DNA of 64,000 nt from the NCBI GenBank assembly GCA_951406725.2, contig OX597820.1, positions 92,132,001-92,196,000 on the forward strand, given 5' to 3'. Below are positions 52,822 through 64,000 of the stretch, one piece after another. The notes below the pieces were generated by a model. That model searched no databases. It worked only from the letters and a program-made list of their open reading frames with translations, and had not been told where the DNA came from. The DNA is from Octopus vulgaris. Lineage: Eukaryota. Position numbers and translations under genes: made by a program. The stretch's first letter is position 1. Every line of letters begins with the position of its first letter.

Positions 52822-54554
52822 CATTTACGGTGAAGAAACCACGCCACATATTGTTTTCGTATACCTAGGTCACCTGTATACGTGGAAGCAGTATAGTCCA
52901 GTGGTTTATTGTTGACATTTCTATTCTTACTTGAATATCTAAACAGGAGCTACTTGTACAAATTATATTTTAAGAATCTGTATATTACACAATGAGAATT
53001 TCTCTGAAGACAATAAGCTCCATAATTACAATAAATCTTTTTTCTGTTATTAGAATAAATTAGACAAAGTATATAAAGTGTTTTAGTAATAAACACACAG
53101 CTGGGAACGGTGATGGGATATTAATGTCTCATATGCCACTGTGACATCTTATCTACTTGAAGATAAAGAATAGAAATTGCTTGCGACAATCTTTAATGTA
53201 GTGAGCTGATGAAAATGTTTAATTCATTAAAATTATACCCGTTTTGAAAATGAGAAATGTCATTAATTTCAGTGATTAACTCTGGTAAAGAAAAACAACT
53301 CCGAAATCCAAATTAATTAAGAATTTAACGTAGGCATTCAGTCGAATGAGAATATGATATCTAGCGACGCTAAACAGAAAATGTAAAATTAAATAGTTGT
53401 TTATGATTATGAAATACAAAATATATCAAGATTAATGTTTGGTGATACGTTTCTGGATGTCTGGACTACGTAATGACATTTTTATTGAATGCCATAAAAG
53501 CTTCAAACCGCAACATTAATAAAAGTCGACGAATGAACTTTTACGTTGTAGCTCGAAACGTTTAACACCACAAAAAAACCCATATTGCTAACAATATGAA
53601 AACTAAAAAGGAAGTATAAGAACAATTCACAATATGAAGTTGCTTTAGCTTTACCGTGAAGACTTCACAACCTAGTAACAATAGACTGTTTCTTCGTTGA
53701 CAGAAAAAGGCAAACAAACGAGATTAGATTCTTTCCCCGATAAGTGTGTTGCATGACTTGAAACTAGACACATTCGTCCCACGTTTATCAATAGAAATAG
53801 AAATATACATTGCATTGCCCATCTAAAACACTGTAATTAACGATGAATTAATTAATATAGAATAATTAGTTAATTACTTAAACCAAACTCTCAAAGCATG
53901 ATCACAAACAGGCACACGCATATATGACTAGAGGAAAAATCGCAGTGGAAATATATTTGTTATATGAGAGTTAATGCTGTTTACGTATAGGTATTACATA
54001 GCAATGTATCTGTAAACAAATTCAGTTTGTATTATCACTGATATTAACAACGTGAAGAAGAATATTAATTGCAACTGTATCACCCAGAATAACAAGAGAT
54101 ACGGTAACAATTTGATCATGAGATAAACATCATCGTCATTATCATAAACAGATCATCAGCAGCATCGGTTATAGCACTATCATTATTCAGATCAGACTAA
54201 AATGTGTAGCTGAGTGTCATTTGGTACAAACAATAGATTGCTCTAAGCTAATAAAAGATGGTTGTTCCGTTATTACTAAATAGAAAGTGGTCAGTTGAAT
54301 TGTCCTATTTTTTTCTGTCAACGGAGAGATTAAAGCCAGCATTTCTGATTTTGCACTTGGATTGTGGAAAAGCTGAATATCTAGATGTTCGAATTATCTT
54401 TCCAGCATTAAATTGTATCATCCGGGTTTCTAAGTATATAACCGTCTTTACGTTTTCTTTGATTAATTTCTATGCCTCCCTTTCTTTCTTTTAATTTCCT
54501 GCCCATATATGGCTCTCTATATTATATGGTGGGGGGAGCTTGTGTGCCTGCGCA

Positions 54555-54579
54555 TGTGTATGTGTGTGTATACACACAA

Positions 54580-54636
<57 letters not shown>

Positions 54637-54676
54637 CATATAATATATGAATATCTATCTATATATATATATACAT

Positions 54677-54724
<48 letters not shown>

Positions 54725-54730
54725 TCACAC
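54555..54730. repeat. (CA)n/(AT)n compound microsatellite
   Basis: Read directly from the sequence. Confidence 0.95.
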
Positions 54731-55139
54731 ATACGTGTTTTTATTGAGTACTTTGTCTCAGTCTAACAGTCTAAATGTTATTGTGTGCCATCTTGTGTAA
54801 CTGTATAGATATGTTATCTTGTATACTTGTAGATGTTTGTGTGTCTGTGTGTGCAAATATAACTATATGTACAATGCCAGAAGAACAGAAACCCGCGCAA
54901 ACACAAACGAGACATATACACACACAAACATGTGACTCGAAGAAACATTGCCATAAAAATAAAGTATATATTAGATAAGTATGAAAGTTGAGTATGAACA
55001 GAAGATATAACATAGCGATGCCGATATTAAATACAACAATATCAATTTATATGATCACTGATGTTAACAGCATAAACAACAATACTAATGGTTATATTAA
55101 AAGTATGGCCCGGAATAACGGCAGTGTTCCCTTTCATGA

Positions 55140-55173
55140 CGATGACTGTAAGCAACAATATGATGATAGGATA

Positions 55174-55205
<32 letters not shown>

Positions 55206-55316
55206 CATTATCATCATCATCATCAGCATCATCACCACCACCATCATCATCAGCATCATCATCATCATCATCATCATCGTCAATATCATTAACAGCATCA
55301 TCATCATCACCATCAC

Positions 55317-55389
<73 letters not shown>

Positions 55390-56505
55390 GTCGTCGTTGT
55401 CGTCGTCGTCATCATCATCATCGACAGTACATCAGCAGCTTCGCCTTCGTCATAATTACGATTATACTGTGAAGATAATCACCGCCATTAAACTTACCAA
55501 TTATGATGGCGATGGAAATAATTGTGGGTTAGTGATGACGGTGGTCGTCATCGCACTGCGACCGATTGCGTTAATGGTGATGATTGTTTTCATCATTATC
55601 ATCGCCATTATAGTCTTCTTCCTTCTCTACTCCTCCTCATCATCTTTTTCACTAAAACCAAACCCACCACCCTTTCCTCATCTTCCTCATCATCATCACC
55701 ATCATAATCATCCTATCACCATCATTATTTTTGATGTTGTTGTTAGTTGAAGTACTAGTATTATGATTATAATCACCAGGCTGGGCCACGATGAAAATAA
55801 GGATTATGATCGTTTTTATAAATATAGTGACAATGATGATGGTGGTGACGTTAATGATAACATCTACAATGACGATGAGTACTATGGAATTAATCATGAT
55901 GATGATTATGATGATGACAACGATATCGATGACTACGACGACGACGATGTTGACTTGTTCGACGAAGACGATGATAGTGATCATAAATATCAGTTCGATT
56001 ACTGAGATTATAAAACATGATGTGGGCGTAATATTACGATGTTTCTTTGTGGTGCTTCTCATGATTATGATCACCGTTATGATAGTCCTATTGGTGATCA
56101 TTATAATAGTGAAGCAGACGACGAAATTTATGATAGTAATGAAGGAGACCTCATTGATTATTTTGATGCTGATAATAATCATGATGATAGTTATGATGAT
56201 GATTCTAGAAATGATCTTCACGATGACATCTACAGTTACGAAGGCGATAAAGTTAGAATTGATGGTGATGGCTCTGGCCATAACGATGACAACAACGCAG
56301 GATGATGACGCTGACGACGAGGAAGACTGGATATCATGATGATTGCCTCGATAATGAACACAATGATAATGATGATGGCGATGAAAACGACGATGCTGAT
56401 GGTGATGATGATGATGATGATGTTTATGACGATGTTGATGATGGTGATGATGATGATGATGATGATATTTATGACGATGATCATGATGGTGATGATGATG
56501 ATATC
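55140..56505. repeat. Long degenerate (ATC)n/(GAT)n trinucleotide region
   Basis: Pure (ATC)n at ~55310-55390, mostly ATC-rich to ~55730, then degenerate (GAT)n to 56505. Confidence 0.95.
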
Positions 56506-57869
56506 TGCCCAATTCGCATAAATTTATTTCTGTCTACTTCACTTGGTGTAAATCTCCAAAATTTAAGATGTTGAACGCAGTAATTTAACTATCAATAAAT
56601 GTAAGAATTAGAAAATGTTTTCAAAACTCTATCGGTCGTGTTGCCATGGAAACATTTATTGGTAAAATATTTTTATGACAATTTTTCTTCAAAAGTCCAA
56701 TGAAGTTTATGATTTTGTTATGTTCTTGTTTACATGTATATTACGATAGATTTATATCAAAAATTGTAATTTCAATAATTCACCCTCGAAATATATTTAT
56801 TGCTTTTTATTGAGTTCAGCACTATTGACTAACCGATCAAGCCGGTAGTTTTCCAACATTGTATTCTGATTTCGAAATCTATGAAGTGAAATTACATTTG
56901 TTTATGTGTTATGATTTTTCGCCAGTCATGTTGGTCTCATGACGTGTCAATGAAATAGTTATTTGAAGTTAAATTTTAAATGTTACAAAAATCGACCTAA
57001 CTAGGTCCATTCCTCAACAAACACACGTAAATAAATAATCAATAAACTTAAACTACTGACAATACGTATGATAAGAATGTAGTATTTTTGTTGCTTATTC
57101 TGATGATCAAAATATCCCGCATTTTACTTTAAAAAGGAGGTTCACATAAAGTAAAAATGATTGGTAACTAATCAGTTCGACGTTTTATGCATGTTACATA
57201 AATCCCGGACTATTTTAACCACAACTTTAATGAAATGCACTGCAATGGTTATCTTTCGTGCAATTCAACAACTACTTTTCAACTAGGCCAATAGTCTTAG
57301 CAAATCTCCTTAATATTTTGTATCTGATATTTGGCAGATAGCATACAGTGGTCCCCATGGTATGCAGTAATACTTTCACGCCCTACAGTGATCTTTTCAC
57401 AGAATTCACAAATCCGAAAGCAACTGAGACTGAATCGCGAAAGGAATTTCAACTAACCTCTGAGCAATAACATACATGATGACTTCACTTAAAAGATATA
57501 TACGAAAGGAAAGTTTTCTCAAAATCTGCTGAGTGATTGTAGGGGTTATTGCGAATCAACATCTCCAGTCGGTCCCACCAATATATACATCGACGCCAAT
57601 TATATCACGGTTTATCGATGACCAATTTAATCTCGATACCTAAGCATATTTTAATGCTTCTAAATGTTGTTGCTTGTATATTGTCATGCTACTTCTCAGC
57701 TGCAATACATTCAGTAAACGATAGTGCGAAGATTCAGGAAGTTTCAGCCCTTCATAAACTATACACATACTGCTTTATCTCTTGAGTACGCTATTCTTTG
57801 TAAAAGTAAAATTTCATGAATCGTTTCTTTTTATGTATATATAAATATATGTATGTATGTACGTATCGC

Positions 57870-58055
57870 GTGTGTATCGTTGGCGATTTTCTTTCTCCGT
57901 CTTCCCTTCCTTGAACCTTTCCTTTTTCTATGTTTCTGACGAAGAGCTCCGCTTCAAACGTTAAATCCTCCTTCTTTCTTTCCTTTCCTGAGCGTCCAAT
58001 AACATTATACTTGTTCCACGTCTGCGCGTTGTTGTATTTTCACTTTGTTCATCTA
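57870..58055 (+). mobile_element. Short pLTR-like repeat with degenerate HHR
   Basis: TTT-CTGACGA-A-GAGC-TCC-GCTT-CAAA-CG-TT-AAA (57933-57965), then TTCCTGAGCGTCCAATAAC. Flanked by microsatellites. Confidence 0.6.
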
Positions 58056-58064
58056 TATATATAC

Positions 58065-58132
<68 letters not shown>

Positions 58133-58165
58133 TATATACACATACACACATCGATAGATAGATAG
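58055..58165. repeat. (AT)n/(ATAC)n/(GATA)n microsatellite
   Basis: Read directly from the sequence. Confidence 0.95.
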
Positions 58166-58696
58166 ATTTTTTTAATTTTATTTTTTTAGATCTTTCATTT
58201 AGAAGTCTAAGCTTGCACCATAATATTTTAATGAACGATAGACGCTACCATATGAAATACCATTTCAAATGGTAGTGTCTATCGTACTAAAGCAGCGAAT
58301 CGGAAATATTATAAATGTCTTGAAAATATATGCTGACATTTAGTTGTTTACGAGCGATATGAGGCGACTCACGTGAAAAGATTCAATTTACTCTCTTGTG
58401 TCTTATATTTATTGTTTTATCGAGATATGTTGAAAATACACTATGGCTTGTTATTTATTAAGAATCAAAAATATCTAGTACATAGGCATATGTTACGTTT
58501 TCGTTTATAAAGAAGACAAACGGTTTACTTTACCAATTTCAAAGTGAATATATCACAATTCCTCCATTTCTTCTCTTAATGGTTAGTGCAAGATCACATC
58601 GGCAATATTCCTGCTTTGAGATAGCTAATGGCCTTGGAAACCGATTATATACATATGTACACATATACATACATACAAATATAAGTATATATACAT

Positions 58697-58727
<31 letters not shown>

Positions 58728-59869
58728 CATATCTCTATGTATGCATGTATGTATATATATATATATATATATATATCTATATGTATGCATGTATGTATAT
58801 ATATATTCATATATATATATACATGTGTTTGTAAGAATTATGTATAATTATATGTGTGTGTGGGCGCGCACGTGTGTGTGTGTGTGTGTGTATATGTACT
58901 TGTGTGTATGTATGTGTGTACGTGTGTAAGGATATTCCTATAACTTTATTCCTTAGAGACAGTTCATTGTGTCGTGATAGTTCATTTTTTTGTGAATATG
59001 TTCATCTATTTAACAAATCACTGTCGTGAATGTATCTCAGTAAGTACTCATTAGCAAAATAAGCGTTCATTAGCGAAGAATCGAACGGAATATCCAATGT
59101 ACGAGAGGATCTATAGATTTCTTGCTATGAATATGATTTAATGAACATTCATATCAATTTATTGATTCATCCTTGAGGAATATTTACACTTTGCAGGTAT
59201 ATCTCCTACGATGAAATGGTTTCAGCATCCCGTTAAAAAAAGTTTGTTTCTTTTATACAGCGTCAGGTTGTGCTTCAATTATTTTCTATGATAAAAACGG
59301 CCAGCCACTAAATCTAAATTTGTTTATTCTCAGTGATCAGGCACAGTATACATTTTCCTGCAACAATTGACCATACATCTATGAATACAAACAAAATCTC
59401 TGCCGTTATTTAATGAGTAAGAGAAATGTGTTTATTTTCATATAGATTTTTTTTTACCCTGTTAACATTGATATAATGTCTAGTAATTGCTATTATAGTG
59501 ATTATATATAATAAATACTGTTACATATATTGACATTCCGTCTGGAATACGTATGTATTAGACATTATCTTTGTCTCCGGGGAGTTAATTAACAATCAAT
59601 TGTGATTTAATATCGTTAAGCCACATAGAAATTTGCCAATGCTCCCTACTGATAACGGCAGAGAGAAGGGATTGCCACAACTCAAAGGATGCAGTATTAT
59701 ATGACTTCAGAATATTTTTTTTATATCGGTGAATATAAGTTGAACCTCAACAACTTCAGTAATAATTGTCATTATATTCTATTATGTTCTTAATTATTTG
59801 CACATTTTTCACAGATGATGCATGCGCCATGGAAAGAAAACATAAAAGAGATTCAGGATTCAAATATTA

Positions 59870-60057
59870 GCTTGAAGTTTTGGCACAGGGCAAGCAATTA
59901 CAAGGGATGGGATAAGTCAAATACTTCGTCCCCAATGCTCGACTGTTATTTAATTTACTGACCCCGAAAGGATAAAAGGATGAACTCAGAACGAAAAAAC
60001 GTACAAAATGCTGCAAAGTATTTTATCCTGCGTTCTAACAATTCAGCCAGCCCGCCA
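59870..60057 (-). mobile_element. SINE family B, degenerate
   Basis: GACCCCGAAAGGATAAAAGG..TGAACTCAGAACG...GCCAGCCCGCC. Confidence 0.75.
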
Positions 60058-60486
60058 ACTTGTTCCGAATTTAAATATTACAAAGAATGAAGTGCAGGGA
60101 TGGTCGATATGTAATGTTTCCAGTAAGGAAGAGGTTGTTTTATTGACTTTACGAAAAGTATCACAGAGTGGTTATGATAGTACCACAGACTAGTTATTGT
60201 TCCATGCTTTGAGTTTTGTCTTCTTAAAGATTTCCGTATGTGGACAACAGCCTTGCTGGAGTGCAGCAATTAGAGGAAACATAACAGTTTTCACAGATCA
60301 TAATACCCCCATAAATGGTCTGATAATGTATTGGCAATCTCACAAGGGACGAAACATATGTCCGAAACAGTATAAGACCGCCAGAACTAAATACGGTGGA
60401 GTTTTCTAAGTTTTGAATGGATGCCTCAGGGGCGCTGTACTCGCGTCGTTCTTCCGGCAACTTTCAGTTGTTTGCTTACACTCAGA

Positions 60487-61514
60487 ATGGCGAGTCCCCA
60501 GCAAAACGCGTTCTGCGTTCTCGAGTTCGCGAAAACATCTTTGTTTGTCATGTTGAAGCTTGCTTTTCGAAGGCGATTCGACATTAATCCGACCTCTCCA
60601 AAGAAAATTCGACTGTGATTTCAACAGTTTCAAGAGAGTGGATGTCTGTGTAACGTAAAAAGTCCAAGATGGCCATGAGTTTGGAGGAAACAAGTTTGCT
60701 GCGTTTGAGGATAACCACGGAAGTTCACAAATTGAGCTAACTGTGAGCTTGCGATCCACAACCACTATCTGGCGTGTGCTAAGATGTCTACATTTGAAAC
60801 CATACAGACTACGTCTCGTTCAGCCACTTGCGAATGACGACAAGGGTAAGCAGATAGAACTTTGCGAATCGATGCTAGAGATGATGGAAGACAAAACCTT
60901 CATTTCACGTTTAATTTTTAGTGATGGAGCGACTTTTCACCTGAGCGGCACAGCCAGTCGTCACAATGTGCGTATTTGAGGAACAGAGCACCCACATGAA
61001 ACAGTTGAACATGACGGAGATTCCCCAAAGGTGAACGCTTTCTGTGTTGCGTCTCAGGAAAAGGTTTATGGTCCCTTTTTCTTTGAAAGAAACACCGTTA
61101 CAGGACAAACCTATCTCGATATACTCCAAAACTGGCTCTTCACTTCACTGCAATCAGATTCACATAACTTCATTTTTCAACAAGATGGAACAACGCCCAA
61201 TTGGCACCTGATCGTTCAACCTTTTTTAAATGCAAAAGTGCCCCAGCGATGGATTAGTCGGAAAGGGACCCAAGACCTCGCTGTTTGTGCTTAGCCTGCG
61301 AGATCCTCAGACCTCACCCTGTATGATCTCTTCTCTCGGAGATATGTAACAGATCGCGTTTATATTCCATCGTTCCCCACTAACCTCGATGACCTTAAAC
61401 ATCGAATAACAACAGCGATCAACTCAGTGGGTCGTGATATACGTCTGGGAAGAATTATCTTATCGCATTGAAATTCCCCGTGCTACAGATGGTGGCCAAA
61501 TTGAACATTTGTAA
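60487..61514 (+). pseudogene. rosa/DD41D-like transposase with DD46D spacing, inactivated
   Basis: MASPQQNAFCVLEF..AFRRRF; IFSDGATFHLSG..SRHNVRI; FQQDGTTP...RWISR...*PARSSDLTLYD; DGGQIEHL*. Confidence 0.88.
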
Positions 61515-61639
61515 GACAAAAAATAAAAGTTGATTGTGAGTAAATACTTGTGAATTAGCTGGAGTTTTCTAATTCTTTTCCTTATTAAAATATTGCGATT
61601 TGAAATCTGTTCATTTTATTTGAATAACATTGCATATAT

Positions 61640-61885
61640 ATATATTTGTGTACACACGGAAACAAAGCACCCCCCTCACAAAAACAAACATGCACACACG
61701 TGCATATATATATATATATATGCGCGTGTGTACACACAGAAACAAAGCACCCCCCCCACAAAATCACAGATACACACGCGCGCGCATATATGTATATGTA
61801 TATATATATATATATGCGCGTGTGTGTATGTATGTGTTTTTGTGGTGGTGGGTGCTTTGTTTCCGTGTGTACACACATATATATG
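61640..61885. repeat. Direct plus inverted triplication of a ~60 bp unit around (AT)n
   Basis: GTGTACACACRGAAACAAAGCACCC occurs twice forward and once reverse-complemented. Confidence 0.9.
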
Positions 61886-63333
61886 CATATATACATATAT
61901 TTGAGTGAAGAAAAATATTCAGACTGGTCAGTATCACGAGTTTGAACAACAAAGACGAATAACGTTATATAAATACTGCAGAAGATAGATTCTTGATTCA
62001 TTGAAATTATCTTTATTTCAAGAGATAGTAAAACAATTGTTATTCAGAAAATGGAACAAAGTGGAAATGAAAAAGTGAAATTTCGATAATTATTTCTCGG
62101 AAATTAATAAACGATAACTTAAAAGACTGTCTGATAGTTTAAAAAAATCTATCCCATAAATGTATTTATTTATACATATATGCGTACGTACATGCACGAA
62201 TATACATAAATAGGTAAATACTTATATACATACATGCGTTGTGTTTCCACGTTCCACCTCCGTACATTTGGTCTTACCAAAGTCCATAACAGAACACACT
62301 AATTGTAAATTCCACATAGTGGGGACGATTCTGGACCCCGATGAGTGCAAAGCGTAAATTCTAGCTACAAATCTGTCTCTATGCCTGTAGTGATTAAAAA
62401 TATATTCAGAGAAAATGCTTTTATATTTCGAAAATTCCCAATTAAATTTTCTGTTGAAATGTCTCATGTGAGGTTTTCATCACATAATAGATTTCCGTAT
62501 TAAAAATTCTAAAACCAACTGCACGTTGTCTCAGATCTGATTCTGTTCAATAAAGCAACTGAATGGAATCCATGGCAGAGGCTCTTTAACAAAATTTAAA
62601 TATTTAAAACTATACAAAAACGTGTTTGAAAATATCACTTTGAAATTATCCAATTTTAATCAGCATCTAAATAATAGGATGTGTTACTCTTAACTGCTTT
62701 AAAACAGTGCTGTCTCAACGATATTAGTACGTAACCTCTTGATACAAACCATTAGGAAGAAATTCTTGATTGATGTACCATTAATTACTAAACACGTGGT
62801 TTGAAAGGAAATGGACATAGGGTTCATATTATCCGTTGACAGATGTTTTTACGATATTAAATGTAACAGCTGCTTCCTCAAGGGTTTCAGGAATGTAAAG
62901 TACTTCGGAAATATTGAGAATCCTAATTAAAGTTCTATTTTCAACAGCTGAAATGTAAATTAGGAAAACATAATAGAATTCATTGCCAAACATAATTAAC
63001 ATGAATCACAGTATCCACTGAAGTTGATAAAACATGGTCATCTCAGCTGCTGAAAATAGTAACCAAATCACCGAAAATAACACACTCTAAATTGTTAAAA
63101 ACTGAAAAGACATTGGGCAACGCATTTCTGCGTATCCCTATAAAAACTGATTGACTCTGGTTCGGATCTTTTTATTCTAGACCTGTAAAATCAGAGCTGC
63201 CGTAGAGCCATGTACATGGACAGCTGAAATAGCTAATGGTGAATATCACTAGAGTTTTTGCTTTGTAATGCAGCAGTGGTTTTTGAACATCTTATGATTT
63301 AATATATATATAAAATTAGTAGTGTACATTTAT

Positions 63334-63502
63334 ACACAAAAGAGGTGACCCTAACAGGGCGCCTTACATGCTAAAAGGAGCAATCAAAACCCAAACCACG
63401 GTTAAGAGTAATTTCGAAGGGGATGAAAAATAAACCGTGGTTTGGGCTTTGACTGCTCCTTTTAGCATGTAAAGTGTCTTGTTTGGGTCACGTCTTCTGT
63501 GT
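63334..63502. mobile_element. Foldback MITE-like element, ~70 bp arms
   Basis: TTACATGCTAAAAGGAGCAATCAAAACCCAAACCACGGTT pairs with AACCGTGGTTTGGGCTTTGACTGCTCCTTTTAGCATGTAA across a ~30 bp spacer. Confidence 0.75.
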
Positions 63503-63592
63503 GCAAAAAGTAAACACATTTTATATGAGAAATATGTTTTCTATTCACTATTTATGCATGCTAGCCACTGGTAGAAAATTTCTCTAATTTTT

Positions 63593-63694
<102 letters not shown>

Positions 63695-63848
63695 CGGTAG
63701 CCACTACACACATTTTTTTACTCTCCTTGTTTCTGTCTGTGTTATTTTCAACGGAAGAGGGTCCAAACTTTTTCAATTCCCGAGCGTTATACTAATACAT
63801 CTGTTTGTTTTCTACACCACATGTCTTCGTCTTTTGTTGTTTTCGTGA

Positions 63849-63852
<4 letters not shown>
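63695..63852 (+). mobile_element. pLTR-like repeat, same family as 5440-6165
   Basis: TTCCCGAGCGTTATACTAATACATCTG...TGTCTTCGTC. The HHR segment is largely destroyed. Confidence 0.5.
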
Positions 63853-63903
<51 letters not shown>

Positions 63904-64000
63904 TTAAGTTGTCTACTTTACCAGTTACTAATCAAATTGTATATTTTTAGGGAATTATATTTGGCACTTACCACTTAGTAAATATTAATTCATTTTAATA

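Noticed and set aside
54988-56574. Poly-I, poly-M, poly-H and Asp-rich ORFs
   Set aside because: Expected from (ATC)n/(GAT)n in all open frames. There is no signal peptide, domain or splice support.

Overview
AT-rich, repeat-dense eukaryotic DNA with no supportable host protein-coding gene. The SINE families and very long (AT)n tracts suggest an octopus or other coleoid cephalopod genome (inference). Nearly all ORFs in the six-frame track are microsatellite or chance ORFs. Supported content: many copies of two tRNA-derived SINE families; five decayed Tc1/mariner-superfamily transposases (two Tc1 DD34E, one mariner, one maT/DD37D-like, one rosa/DD41D-like with DD46D spacing); MITEs; the 3' end of an RTE-clade LINE with three C2H2 fingers; and Penelope-like element (PLE) reverse-transcriptase fragments. 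The main hidden signal is RNA structure. By eye I find about a dozen hammerhead ribozyme (HHR) motifs from several unrelated repeat families, six with intact catalytic cores, repeatedly arranged as divergent inverted pairs. Two stand out. One is a tRNA-promoter SINE carrying an HHR (23541-23767). The other is an inverted-repeat family (37772-38643) whose three HHR core strands occur in a scrambled order that is not a circular permutation, with compensatory base changes between its two copies. All folds were derived manually and none has been tested.
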